Positions 19,971-29,733 of a stretch of DNA of 64,000 bases are shown piece by piece. The notes beneath the pieces are model-generated. The model searched no databases and was not told the DNA's origin. It was given only the letters and a program-made list of their open reading frames with translations. Source of the stretch: Myxococcota bacterium (GTDB lineage Bacteria; Myxococcota_A; Polyangia; Nannocystales; Nannocystaceae); assembly GCA_039028615.1 (NCBI GenBank), contig JBCCHT010000043.1, positions 1-64,000 on the forward strand, read 5' to 3'. Numbering within the stretch: the first letter of the stretch is position 1; the number at the start of each line of letters is the position of its first letter. A program made the translations under genes and the position numbers.

Positions 19971-22571
19971 ATGCCGCAGACCGCCCCCAAGTTCGGCCGC
20001 TACGTCGTGCTCGACGAGCTCGACGGGGACGCGGGGGAACGAACCCTGGTCGCGTTCGATCCTCAGCTCGATCGCAAGGTCGGCCTCAAGGTCTTCCCCA
20101 TCGCCTCCGAGCCCGCGCAGGCCCGACGACGAGACCGCGCCAAGATCCTCGCCGGCATCGTGCATTCGAATGTCGTGTGCCTGCACGACATCGGCACCTT
20201 CGAAGGTCGTCAGTTCGCCGCGATGGACTTCGTGGAGGGCCACACCATCGGCCCGTGGATCGAGCGCCGCACCCCGTCTTGGCGACAGGTGCTCGACGTG
20301 TACCTCGCCGCGGGTGATGGCCTGGTCGCCGCCCACGAAGCGGGCCTGGTGCACGGACGCTTCGGGCCGCAGACGGTCGTGGTCGGGGACGACGGTCAGA
20401 TCCGCGTGATCGACTTCGTGCGCTCCACCCTCGACATCGGTCCCGCGGCCAACGTCGCCGACGACCGCAAGGCCTGGTGCGATGCCGTGGTCCAGGCGCT
20501 GTGGACCGAGGATCCCGAGCGCAGCGCCCCCCGCCCGAGCTCGCCTCGCCTGGACCGCAAGGTCCGCCGCCTCGTCGAAGAGGGCCGCGACCCGAGCGGT
20601 CGTTTCGACTCGATGGGTGCATTGCTCGACGAGCTGCAGCGGGCCGTCACCACTCCCCGCCAGGTGCGTGGCGCCCTCGTCCTGCTCGCGTTGGTGGCCG
20701 GCCCGGCGATCTGGTGGGCCTCGAGCGACAAGCCAGCCCCCGAGGTCGAGTCCTGGTGCGCGGGCATCGATGCCCGACTCGAACAGACCTGGAACCCGGA
20801 GGTCGCCGCCCGCGGGCACCAGGCCTTCACCGCGACCGGCGTGCCCTTTGCCGAGACCGCGTGGGAGACGGTGGAGCCCACCCTCGATCGCTTCGTCACC
20901 GATTGGCGCACCACCCAGACCGAGCTGTGCGAGGCCGAGCCGCGCAACCCCAGCGGGGCGAGCAATGCCGCGGCCCAGATCTGCTTGCATCGGCACTTCC
21001 AGAGCCTGCGTGCCTTCGTCGACGCCCTGGAGACGGCCGACCCCGCGCTCGTGGCCAGCGCCCCCCGCTCGGCCGCGACCCTGGGCAACCCCTCGCAGTG
21101 CGCCTCGGGGCAGGAGGAGCCGTACGACGAAGCCGACCTCGAGCAAGCGCTGGCGATCGAATCGCTGATCTCCCAGGCCGCCGTGCAGCGCAGCCTGGGG
21201 CGCTACCCGGAGAGCATCACCTCGGGCCGCGATGCCCTCGCCCGCGCGAACAACCTCGGCAACCGGGCCCTGCTCGCTCGAGCCGAGCACACCCTGGCCC
21301 TGACCAACGCTCGCTACGGTCGAGAAGACGAAGCAGAGCGGGGCTACCACGAAGCCTTCTCCGCCGCGCTCGCCTCGGGGCTGCACGAGATCGTCGCGCG
21401 CAGTGCCCTCGACCTCACCTCGTTGATGGCCGAGCAGGGTCGCCACGACGACGCCGACCGCTGGATCGAGCACGCCCGCGCCGCGCTCGAGCATACCGAC
21501 CACCCGCGCCTGCAGACCCGACTCACCGTGGTCCAGGGCCTCGCCGCCTATCGCCGCGGCGACAACGAGCAAGCCAAGGAGCACTACGAGCGGGCCATCG
21601 AGATGGCCGACGCCGAGGATCCACCCGACCTCTACGCCAAGATCCAGGCCGCGCAGAACCTGAGCAACACGCTGGGGCGGCTCGGCGAGGCGAAGGCAGA
21701 GATCGAGCTGCTGGAAAAGAGCATGCGGGTGGTCGAGGCGGAGCTCGGCTCCGAGCACCCCACGATGGGCGACCACCTCAACTCGCTCGGCGTCGCCCTG
21801 TCGCACCGCGGCAGCCCGAAGCTGGGCCTCGACGCCCAACGCGAGGCGCACGCGATCTTCCACGCCACCTTCGGCCCCGACCACCCCAAGACCATCGCCG
21901 CGCAGACCAGCATGGCCGCCACCATGCACGAGACCGGCGACGACGAAGGGGCGGGCAAGGCCTACGCCGATGCGCTGGCCGCCGCCAAGCGAACCTTCGA
22001 TCCGAAGGACCCGCGCTTCGTCAACGTGCTGGGCAACGTCGGCATGTTCCACGCCATGGTCGGTGACCTCGACCGCGCCGCCGAGCTGCTGGCGCGCTCC
22101 GCCGAGGCCAACGAGGCGATCCACGGACCCGAGCACCAACACACGCTCGGCAACCTGACCAACCTCGCCGCGACCTACATGTTCGCGGAGCGCTACGACG
22201 AAGCAGCGAAGATCTACGGCACCCTCGTGGATCGCACCGACAACGCACTTGGGGCCAAGCATCCGCAGATGGTGCCCGTGCTCCTGGGACTGTCGCGGGT
22301 CGAGCTGCTGCGGGAGCAGCCCGAAAACGCCATCGCCCCGCTCGAGCGTGCCCTGAGCCTGTCCAAGGAACGCGAGGTCGAGCCCATTCGCATGGCCACC
22401 GTCCAGCTCGAGCTGGCCCAGGCGCTATGGGACGCCGATGCCGATCGCGCACGCGCTCGCTCGCTGGCCCAGGCCGCGCGCCAGAGCTATGTCGCCGCGA
22501 GCAACGGCGGGTCGAAGGCCGAGCACCACGTCACGCGCGTCGACGAGTGGCTCGCCGAGCACAAACTTTGA
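19971..22571 (+). CDS. Degenerate Ser/Thr kinase-like domain + TM + TPR repeat protein
   Basis: FGRYVVL..DPQLDRKVGLK; HRD replaced by HGR and DFG by DFV; GxxHP-type TPR repeats. Confidence 0.85.
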   Translation: MPQTAPKFGRYVVLDELDGDAGERTLVAFDPQLDRKVGLKVFPIASEPAQARRRDRAKILAGIVHSNVVCLHDIGTFEGRQFAAMDFVEGHTIGPWIERRTPSWRQVLDVYLAAGDGLVAAHEAGLVHGRFGPQTVVVGDDGQIRVIDFVRSTLDIGPAANVADDRKAWCDAVVQALWTEDPERSAPRPSSPRLDRKVRRLVEEGRDPSGRFDSMGALLDELQRAVTTPRQVRGALVLLALVAGPAIWWASSDKPAPEVESWCAGIDARLEQTWNPEVAARGHQAFTATGVPFAETAWETVEPTLDRFVTDWRTTQTELCEAEPRNPSGASNAAAQICLHRHFQSLRAFVDALETADPALVASAPRSAATLGNPSQCASGQEEPYDEADLEQALAIESLISQAAVQRSLGRYPESITSGRDALARANNLGNRALLARAEHTLALTNARYGREDEAERGYHEAFSAALASGLHEIVARSALDLTSLMAEQGRHDDADRWIEHARAALEHTDHPRLQTRLTVVQGLAAYRRGDNEQAKEHYERAIEMADAEDPPDLYAKIQAAQNLSNTLGRLGEAKAEIELLEKSMRVVEAELGSEHPTMGDHLNSLGVALSHRGSPKLGLDAQREAHAIFHATFGPDHPKTIAAQTSMAATMHETGDDEGAGKAYADALAAAKRTFDPKDPRFVNVLGNVGMFHAMVGDLDRAAELLARSAEANEAIHGPEHQHTLGNLTNLAATYMFAERYDEAAKIYGTLVDRTDNALGAKHPQMVPVLLGLSRVELLREQPENAIAPLERALSLSKEREVEPIRMATVQLELAQALWDADADRARARSLAQAARQSYVAASNGGSKAEHHVTRVDEWLAEHKL

Positions 22572-22572
22572 C

Positions 22573-22720
22573 TTGCCACGTCGGCGGCGTGCTGTATCCT
22601 CCGTGCCGGGTGCTCAGGGGTGCCCAGCCCGCCAAAAGGCGCGACCACCCTGAAATCGAACAAACCGACGCACTGATGCAGTTGCGTTCCCTCGGCCCAA
22701 CGGAGCGGGTGCCGGCCACG
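22573..22720 (+). promoter_or_regulatory. Sigma70-like promoter followed by a highly paired 5' leader (candidate cis-regulatory RNA)
   Basis: TTGCCA-16-TATCCT; nested stems CCGG/CCGG, GCTC/GAGC, CAGGG..TG/CACCCTG, CGCC-AAAA-GGCG and GACGCA/TGCGTT. Confidence 0.45.
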
Positions 22721-22736
22721 AGAAAGGAACGAAACG

Positions 22737-23258
22737 ATGCTCGATGCGATCGAGGAGTTGAAGATCAGAGCGCGCCTGCTCCATCGGCGCGCTCGCAACG
22801 GCGACGAACAAGCGCTACAGCGAATCGGCAAACTGCCCGAATTCGCCAAGCAGGAGCCCATTAGCGCCGAGATCCAGCTCAAGCACGGCTTGGCGGTGCT
22901 CGCCCGCGAGTTCGGTTTTTCCGGCTGGCCCCACGCGCGCCGCGTGCTCGAAGGGCAGCCCGACGAGTCCGATCTGGGCACCATGCTCTACCCGCGCGGC
23001 TGCTTCGCGTTCACCAACCATTGGTTCGCCCGCTACGAGGAAGCTCGCGAGGTCCGTGAGCAGACCGGAGGCTACTTGCTGGCCTACCGCACCCAGTTCT
23101 TCGTGGTGACGCGGACCTACGTCGAGACCATGGGTCTCGATCCCGACGACCCGGACTGGTCCGCGATCGGTTGGGATTGGGCGCGCCCGGCCAGGCCCCG
23201 GGCGCGAGCGCGGCTCTACGCCAAGCTGGTCGCCGCTCGGGCGCCCGAAGCCGCCTGA
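22737..23258 (+). CDS. Hypothetical protein with LAREFGFSGW motif
   Basis: AAAGGA RBS; coherent 173-aa ORF. Confidence 0.8.
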   Translation: MLDAIEELKIRARLLHRRARNGDEQALQRIGKLPEFAKQEPISAEIQLKHGLAVLAREFGFSGWPHARRVLEGQPDESDLGTMLYPRGCFAFTNHWFARYEEAREVREQTGGYLLAYRTQFFVVTRTYVETMGLDPDDPDWSAIGWDWARPARPRARARLYAKLVAARAPEAA

Positions 23259-23308
23259 GTCCCCAATGCGCGGGTCTGCCGACGCAGGCCCGCGCTATCG
23301 TGGCGGCC

Positions 23309-24097
23309 ATGAAGCTGCCTCTGTACCAGGTCGACGCGTTCACCCAGCGGAGCTTCGCGGGCAACCCGGCCGCGGTCTGCCTGCTCTCGCAGTGGCTCGA
23401 CGACGCCGTGCTCGCGGCCATCGCCGCCGAGAACAACCTGTCCGAGACCGCCTTCGTCGTGCCCGCAGGGGACGACTGGGAGCTGCGTTGGTTCACGCCC
23501 ACCGCCGAGGTCGACCTGTGTGGCCACGCCACGCTGGCGACCGCGTTCGTGCTCTTCCATCGCAGTCCCGACACGACGCAGCTGCGCTTTTCCACCCGCG
23601 AGGCAGGAGAGCTCCGCGTGGAGCGACGCGACGACACGCTGGTGATGAACTTTCCCTCACGGCCTCCGAAGCCGATCGAGACGCCGCCGGGGCTGGTCGA
23701 GGCTCTGGGCGGCGCGAAGCCGCAGGCCATCCTGCGCGCCAGCAAGACCATGGCCGTGTTCGAGACCGAGACCCAGGTCCGGGCCATCGCGCCCGACTTC
23801 GGCTTCATCGCGCAGATGGACGGCGACGGCCTCATCGTCACCGCGCCCGGCGACGACGTCGACTTCGTGTCGCGCTACTTCGCTCCGCATGTGGGCATCG
23901 ACGAAGACCCGGTCACGGGCAGCGCTCACTGCACGCTCGCACCGTACTGGGCCCAGCGCCTCGGTCGCGACTCCCTGCGCGCCCGGCAGGTCTCCAAGCG
24001 CAGCGGAGACCTGCGCTGCACCGTGCTCGGCGATCGCGTCGAGCTGGCCGGCCACGCCGTGCTCTATCTCGAGGGGACCATCGACGTTCCCACGTAG
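23309..24097 (+). CDS. PhzF family isomerase/epimerase
   Basis: QVDAF..GNPAAV, NLSETAF, EVDLCGHATLA and EDPVTGSAH. Confidence 0.95.
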   Translation: MKLPLYQVDAFTQRSFAGNPAAVCLLSQWLDDAVLAAIAAENNLSETAFVVPAGDDWELRWFTPTAEVDLCGHATLATAFVLFHRSPDTTQLRFSTREAGELRVERRDDTLVMNFPSRPPKPIETPPGLVEALGGAKPQAILRASKTMAVFETETQVRAIAPDFGFIAQMDGDGLIVTAPGDDVDFVSRYFAPHVGIDEDPVTGSAHCTLAPYWAQRLGRDSLRARQVSKRSGDLRCTVLGDRVELAGHAVLYLEGTIDVPT

Positions 24098-24165
24098 GGC
24101 ACAACTGCCGGCGATTTGCACCGCACCTGCACGAGTTCTGCACATTCGTCTGCCACGCTGGCGGC

Positions 24166-24834
24166 ATGAGCACCTCGTTGGCCGTCAGCCCCCCCGTCTC
24201 CTCCGCCGTCGTCGTGGCGGCTCTGCGCGATGACGTGCCCGGCGAGGCGCCCGGAGACACCCCCATGGGCGTGGCGCGAACGCTGATGATCGCCCTGGGC
24301 GGCTCCGCCCTGTTCGGCATCGCGCTCGGCAGCTTCAGCGGGTCGCCCGCGCAGATGGTCTCTTCGGCGATCAAGGCTCCCATGCTGCTGATGGGCACCA
24401 CCGCCCTGTGCTTCCCCGCGTTCTTCGTCATGCAGCTGACCCGGGCGGCGAAACCGGTGAGCCTCACCCGCGCGCTGTCGATCGAGTCGCACGCCCTGGC
24501 CGCGACCGCCCTGTGGTGGGGGGCGCTGTCGCTGCCGCTGTTGTTCCTGGCCAGTACCGTGCAGGGCTATCGGATGGCGCAATTCCTGGCGCTGGTCGTG
24601 GGAGCGGTCGGCGGCGCGGTGGGCCTGCGTCGGTTCTGGACCGGGCTGGTCGCGCGCATCGGCCCCGCCCCGCGCGGCACGATGATCGCCTACTTCGTGC
24701 TCTATGGCGTGGTCGGGGCCCAGCTGTCGTGGTTCTTGCGCCCCTTCGTCGGCTCGCCCGACCAGCCCTTTACCCTGGTGCGAGGCCTCGAGAGCAACTT
24801 CTTCGCGTTCTTGGGCACCATGCTGCGAGGGTGA
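24166..24834 (+). CDS. Hypothetical integral membrane protein
   Basis: About five TM segments; VGAQLSWFLRPFVG. Confidence 0.78.
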   Translation: MSTSLAVSPPVSSAVVVAALRDDVPGEAPGDTPMGVARTLMIALGGSALFGIALGSFSGSPAQMVSSAIKAPMLLMGTTALCFPAFFVMQLTRAAKPVSLTRALSIESHALAATALWWGALSLPLLFLASTVQGYRMAQFLALVVGAVGGAVGLRRFWTGLVARIGPAPRGTMIAYFVLYGVVGAQLSWFLRPFVGSPDQPFTLVRGLESNFFAFLGTMLRG

Positions 24835-24856
24835 CCCGCTTCGTGTAGCGTCGGAA

Positions 24857-25438
24857 GTGAACGTCGTGGCCTCGTCGAGCGCAGCATCATCGACCCGGGC
24901 GTGGGTCCTGTGGCTCGGCTACGTCGCGCTCGTCTACGCCCTGCTGCCCGTGTCCCGCGACGTGCTCATCACCCTCGACCAACACGAGCTCATCGGAGCG
25001 TTCATCACCGCGGCCTACTGCGGCGCGGCCATCCTCGTCGTCTATCACATCGTCTTCGACGTCCGGCTCACCGATCGGGTGGCCTTCGCCGCGGTGGTGG
25101 TGCTCGGCTTGACCTTCGGCGGCCTGGTGCTGGGCATGTCGATCCCCGAGGAGCGGCTCCACTTCCTGCAGTACGGCTTGATGGCCATCTTGGCGCGACG
25201 AGCCCTCGCCCCGCGTTTCGGGCCGCGTCGTGCCTATGTGTGGGCGCTGGTGGCCGTGGGCCTCATCGGCTGGGGCGACGAGGCGATCCAGGGCTTTTTG
25301 CCCGACCGCGTCTACGACCCCATCGACGTCGGCATCAACCTCCTCGGCGCCCTGCTGACCCTGGCCGGCTACGAAGCGCTGCACAACGAACTCGGCTGGC
25401 GCGCGACGACGCCCCCCGCCCAGAGGCCCTCGCCGTGA
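24857..25438 (+). CDS. VanZ-like membrane protein
   Basis: EERLHFLQYG and DEAIQGFLPDRVYDPIDVGIN; start approximate. Confidence 0.8.
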   Translation: MNVVASSSAASSTRAWVLWLGYVALVYALLPVSRDVLITLDQHELIGAFITAAYCGAAILVVYHIVFDVRLTDRVAFAAVVVLGLTFGGLVLGMSIPEERLHFLQYGLMAILARRALAPRFGPRRAYVWALVAVGLIGWGDEAIQGFLPDRVYDPIDVGINLLGALLTLAGYEALHNELGWRATTPPAQRPSP

Positions 25439-26118
25439 AGCAGATCCTCATCGTCGACGACGAGCCCGCGGTGGCCGATGTCCTGGACTTCGCCCTGCGA
25501 CGCGCCGGGTTCGGGGTGACCACGGTGGGCACCCTCGCCGCCGCCCGCAAGCGCCTGCGGGCTGGCCCCAACCCCGCGCTGGTGGTGCTCGACCTCGGCC
25601 TGCCCGACGGCGATGGCCTCGACCTGTGCCGATGGCTGCGCGAGCGCGGCGAGGTCCCCGTCCTCATGCTCACCTGTCGCGACGAAGAGATCGACCGCAT
25701 CCTCGGCCTCGAGCAAGGCGCCGACGACTACGTGGTCAAGCCCTTCTCACCGCGCGAGGTCGTCGCACGCATCCGCACCATCCTGCGCCGCAGCGAGCGA
25801 GCCCAGACCGCCGCCACCATCGAGCACGCCGGGATCACCCTCAACCCCGAGGAGCACTGGGTCAGCGTCCAGCAGAGCCCCATCGAGCTCACCCCGCGCG
25901 AGTTCGACCTGCTGCACACCCTGCTGCGCTCGCCGTCGCGGGTGTTTTCGCGGGACGACCTGGTCGAGCAGGCCTATCGCGGCCAGGCCGTCGTCTCGGG
26001 GCGCACGGTCGACTCCCACATCAAGGGCATTCGCCGCAAGGCGGCCGAGGCCGTCCCCGGCTTCGATCCCATCGAGACCATCTACGGCGTGGGCTACCGC
26101 GCGCGTGCACCCGAGTGA
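25435..26118 (+). CDS. OmpR-family response regulator (CreB-like)
   Basis: ILIVDDE, VLDLGLP, GADDYVVKPFS and winged-helix IETIYGVGY. Confidence 0.95.
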   Translation: MKQILIVDDEPAVADVLDFALRRAGFGVTTVGTLAAARKRLRAGPNPALVVLDLGLPDGDGLDLCRWLRERGEVPVLMLTCRDEEIDRILGLEQGADDYVVKPFSPREVVARIRTILRRSERAQTAATIEHAGITLNPEEHWVSVQQSPIELTPREFDLLHTLLRSPSRVFSRDDLVEQAYRGQAVVSGRTVDSHIKGIRRKAAEAVPGFDPIETIYGVGYRARAPE

Positions 26119-26127
26119 GCCCCGGCG

Positions 26128-27219
26128 ATGAGTCCCGCTCCGCTTCGTCGCCCGCTGTCGCGCCGCATCATGTGGATGCTCTTCGTGCTCATCCTGGTGC
26201 CGATCGCCGGCTGGTCGCTGCTGGGGCCGGTGCTGCGAGCGCCGGACAAGCTCAGCGACCCCGCCGACGCCCAGCTCATCGACGCGCTGCTCACCGAGGT
26301 TCGCGGGCGCCTGGTCATCGTGCTGCTGGCCAGCTTCGCCGCGCTCGGGGGGGTGCTGCTGTACTTGCGGCGCTCGGTGATCGAGCCGCTCGCGAGCCTG
26401 GCCGGCCGCGCCCGGCATGCGGCCGAGCACGGACAATGGTCGCCGCCGCCCGAGCGCGAGCGCCCCGACGAGATCGGCGACCTCGCCCACGCGCTTCACC
26501 ACAGCTTCACCGCGCTCCACCAACGAGCCGAGGGCGCCGTGCAGGTCACCGCGAACCTCAGCCACGAGCTGCGCACCCCGCTGGCCGCGATCCGTGGCGC
26601 GGCCGAGCTCATCGACGAGGGCGACGTCGAGCCAGCCGACCTCCGCCGCTTCGCTCGCAACATCGGCACCGAGTCCCAGCGCCTCGAACGTCTGGTCGTG
26701 GGCCTGCTGGACATGCACCGCGCCGACCGGGACGGGCCGCGCATCGACTCCGCCACCTGCGACCTCGCCACCGTGCTGCGCGCGGGCACCGAGCTCGCCC
26801 AGCCCCTGCTCGTGCGCAAGTCGATGACGGTCAGCCTGGACCTGGGTACCGAGCCCCTGCCCGCTCAGATCTCCGCCGAGCGAGCGCAACGGGTGCTGCT
26901 CGGTCTGCTCGAGAACGCGATCAAGTTCTCGCCCTCCGCCTCCACCATCACCATCGCGGCCCGACACGCGGCGGAGTCCATCGAGGTCCAGCTCTGCGAT
27001 CAGGGACCCGGCGTTCCCGAACAGCTGCGGGAGGCGATCTTCGACCGCTACTTCAGTGCGCCTCGCGAGGGTGGCCCGGGCTCGCGGGGTACGGGCCTGG
27101 GCCTCGCCTTGGTGCAGAGCTTGGTCCAGGGCGCGGGCGGGCAGATCGAGGTCGACTCGGGCCCGACGGGCGGTGCGTGTTTTCGCTTCGAGATCCCGCG
27201 CGCCTCGGAGGACTCATGA
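26128..27219 (+). CDS. HAMP-domain sensor histidine kinase
   Basis: DEIGDLA, SHELRTPL, NAIKFS, DQGPG and GTGLGL. Confidence 0.95.
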   Translation: MSPAPLRRPLSRRIMWMLFVLILVPIAGWSLLGPVLRAPDKLSDPADAQLIDALLTEVRGRLVIVLLASFAALGGVLLYLRRSVIEPLASLAGRARHAAEHGQWSPPPERERPDEIGDLAHALHHSFTALHQRAEGAVQVTANLSHELRTPLAAIRGAAELIDEGDVEPADLRRFARNIGTESQRLERLVVGLLDMHRADRDGPRIDSATCDLATVLRAGTELAQPLLVRKSMTVSLDLGTEPLPAQISAERAQRVLLGLLENAIKFSPSASTITIAARHAAESIEVQLCDQGPGVPEQLREAIFDRYFSAPREGGPGSRGTGLGLALVQSLVQGAGGQIEVDSGPTGGACFRFEIPRASEDS

Positions 27220-27404
27220 CCGAAGCCCTCGTGCTGCTGTTCTGCCTCGCCGCCATGCTGGCCACGCCCGTCTGGCTCGTCGCTCGCTTCAGCCGCGGTC
27301 CGCTGGGGCTCGAGGGCGAGTCGGGACCGCCACGCCGCTCGCTGCCCCGCCCGGCCCCGAGTCCCTCGCCGTCGACCGCGCCCGCCCCCCGGAATGCGCC
27401 GTAG
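27216..27404 (+). CDS. Small single-TM protein
   Basis: GGAGG RBS; ATGA overlap with the kinase; MTEALVLLFCLAAMLATPVWLV. Confidence 0.5.
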   Translation: MTEALVLLFCLAAMLATPVWLVARFSRGPLGLEGESGPPRRSLPRPAPSPSPSTAPAPRNAP

Positions 27405-27489
27405 AACGCCATCCGAGGGCGGTCCACGCCCCCCCGCACAACCTTGGTTTTCGTTGAAATGCGCTCCCGCGGCCGGGCGTCTAGGGGGC

Positions 27490-28659
27490 ATGCCGATGCG
27501 AAGGATCGAGCTGGTCGTGGGGATGGGGCTTCTGCTGGGCCCCCTGGCGTACGCGCTCACCCTCGAGCCCCAGACGGAGACCGAGCTGGTGATCGTCCAC
27601 GAGGTCGCCCCGGCGCCCGAGGCCTTCCCGCAAAGCGAGACCATTCCCGTGCTCGAGCCCGCCGCCGAGGCCGAGCCCGCCGCGGCCGAGCCTGCGCCCG
27701 AGCCCATCCCCGAGGATGCGATCGCGTTCGCGTTCGTCAACGAAGCCGGCATCGTCCTCGATCCCGACGCTGACCCCTCGTGGGGCAAGGGTCGTCTGCG
27801 TGGCCACCCCGGCCCCGCCGAGTACCGAGCGGCCAAGCGAGCCGACGGCACCCGCGTGCCGGCCGAGCTGTGGGCGCAGCGGGGACGCACCTTCGACCTG
27901 TACGGACGCGAGGGCAAGCTGTGCACCGTCCGCATCGGGGACCTGTCCGTCCTCGCGCAGCACAACGGCCCCGATCTGTACGAAGTGTTCGCGGGCGACG
28001 GGGTCGACCCGATCGACTGGGACACCTTCGACCCCAAGAGCAAGAGCCGTCGCCAGATCCGCCATCAAGTCTGGCGCCACACCACCGACTTCAACCCCTG
28101 GCTGGTGGCCGAGCCCCTCGACGACGAGTCGTGCGAGGGCGCGCTGTGGGCCCGAGACAGCCGGCTCCCGGCGCCCGTCGTGCTCACGCGATCGATGGAC
28201 GCCAACGAGCATACCGGCCGCCGACTGGCCCAGTTCGCCACCTCGGAGGAGCTGGCCAGCAACAAGTCCAACTACGAGGAGTACTACGCCGAGCTCGATG
28301 AAGAGAGCCGCGAGTACTACGACGAGTGGGACAGCATCGCGGCCGAGCACGCCGCGAGCGCGTGGTCGTGGCGCGATGCCCAGGGCGTGACGCAGCTGGT
28401 CGAGATGACCTTCGGCGTCGACGAAGAGGGCTGCGGCGAGGGGTACTCCACCCTGATCACCAACGTGGACCGCGTCGTCGACGAGGCGTTCGTGCCCACG
28501 GAGCTCATGCCCAATGCCGTGACCGTCTTCGACGCCGACAACGATGGCCAGTGGGAAGCGCTCTACGACCACTCGTGGAACGGCGACGTCAACTATCTCG
28601 AGAGCGCGACTCTGGAGGCCGCCTGGGACATCCTTCGCGCCTACGAGTGCCCCTGCTGA
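27490..28659 (+). CDS. Hypothetical exported acidic protein ending in ECPC
   Basis: N-terminal hydrophobic segment, Pro/Glu linker, DADNDG motif. Confidence 0.75.
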   Translation: MPMRRIELVVGMGLLLGPLAYALTLEPQTETELVIVHEVAPAPEAFPQSETIPVLEPAAEAEPAAAEPAPEPIPEDAIAFAFVNEAGIVLDPDADPSWGKGRLRGHPGPAEYRAAKRADGTRVPAELWAQRGRTFDLYGREGKLCTVRIGDLSVLAQHNGPDLYEVFAGDGVDPIDWDTFDPKSKSRRQIRHQVWRHTTDFNPWLVAEPLDDESCEGALWARDSRLPAPVVLTRSMDANEHTGRRLAQFATSEELASNKSNYEEYYAELDEESREYYDEWDSIAAEHAASAWSWRDAQGVTQLVEMTFGVDEEGCGEGYSTLITNVDRVVDEAFVPTELMPNAVTVFDADNDGQWEALYDHSWNGDVNYLESATLEAAWDILRAYECPC

Positions 28660-28674
28660 AGAGCCGCCGCTCGG

Positions 28675-29253
28675 CTACTCGTGAAACTTCGAGGGGGCGG
28701 TGGCGGAGAGCACCGTGCCCTCGCGGCGGATCTGCGGTACGTCGATCGCCTGCTCGATGACGTGCTTGGCGATGACCGGCGCGACAGGGCGAATCTCGTC
28801 GTCGTACGACGCCCCGATCGCTGCGCCTCCCGCCCCGACCGCGGCCAGCAAGATCGCCGCGGCTCTCGCGCCTCGCCAGACTCGGCGCTCGACATGCAGC
28901 GACTGCTCGATGAGCGTGGGCTGAGCCAAGATCATCCGAGACGGTCGGGGTGTCCGCGTCGAGCGCCTGCGGCCACAGAGGCGCTCGACCTCGTGCACCA
29001 CCGCGCGCGGCGTCTCGAAACCCAAGATCTGGAAGTCCCCCTGGTGGTCGGGATCGATGCCGCGACGGAGCTTCTCCGCCAGGCCCGGCTCGATCTTCGG
29101 CACGCAGAGCACACGGAGCGTCGGCGGCCCCGGAGGTGCGCGTCGGACCCAACGACGGGCGCGACTGCCCAGCTCGACCCGCACCGAAAACCCCCGCGCA
29201 CGCAGCGAGTCCTCGACCGGCCCCAGCTGAGGCCCGAGGACCTCGGGCGCCAT
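28675..29253 (-). CDS. Hypothetical protein with one TM segment
   Basis: ORF 28675..29358; start chosen at MAPEV. Confidence 0.55.
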   Translation of the reverse strand: MAPEVLGPQLGPVEDSLRARGFSVRVELGSRARRWVRRAPPGPPTLRVLCVPKIEPGLAEKLRRGIDPDHQGDFQILGFETPRAVVHEVERLCGRRRSTRTPRPSRMILAQPTLIEQSLHVERRVWRGARAAAILLAAVGAGGAAIGASYDDEIRPVAPVIAKHVIEQAIDVPQIRREGTVLSATAPSKFHE

Positions 29254-29464
29254 CAGCAGCACACGGGACGGGCCTTCGACCTCGTTCGCACGCTCGCGAG
29301 CAGAAGCAGAGTACCGCCGTCGTGTGCTGTGAAGTGCCACCGCCTTCCGTGGTTCCACAGCTGCGGCGCAGCTCCAAAGAAACGGCGAGACGCGTCCCCT
29401 ACTGAACGTCGGCTCTCCCCACGACGGGCACCGCCCCTCGGGTCGCTTACGTCTTCAACGACGA

Positions 29465-29496
29465 GAGCCGACTCGCAGGGACATGCGAGTCGGCTC
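29465..29496. terminator. Perfect 13-bp hairpin immediately downstream of tRNA-Phe
   Basis: GAGCCGACTCGCA-gggaca-TGCGAGTCGGCTC. Confidence 0.65.
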
Positions 29497-29498
29497 GG

Positions 29499-29578
29499 TG
29501 GTGCCTCGGGACGGACTCGAACCGCCGACGCCCACAGGTTCAGTGTGGCGCTCTTGATTTCCACTGAGCTACCGAGGC
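29499..29578 (-). tRNA. tRNA-Phe(GAA), atypical (C37, 12-nt D-loop), CCA encoded
   Basis: GCCTCGG TA GCTC AGTGGAAATCAA GAGC G CCACA CTGAACC TGTGG GCGTC GGCGG TTCGAGT CCGTC CCGAGGC A CCA. Confidence 0.85.
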
Positions 29579-29660
29579 GAGTGTGACCGGGTGCGGCCCG
29601 ACCTCGTTCGTCAGGAACGAGAGCCGGGCGAGCCGAAACACTCGCCGCCACAACCATCAG

Positions 29661-29733
29661 TGCCAGGGGTGGGATTCGAACCCACGATCGTCGCTTCATG
29701 AGAGCGCTGCCTTGACCACTCGGCCACCCTGGC
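29661..29733 (-). tRNA. tRNA(CAT), probably elongator Met (Ile2 not excluded), atypical G37
   Basis: GCCAGGG TG GCC GAGTGGTCAA GGC A GCGCT CTCATGA AGCGA CGATC GTGGG TTCGAAT CCCAC CCCTGGC A. Confidence 0.87.
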
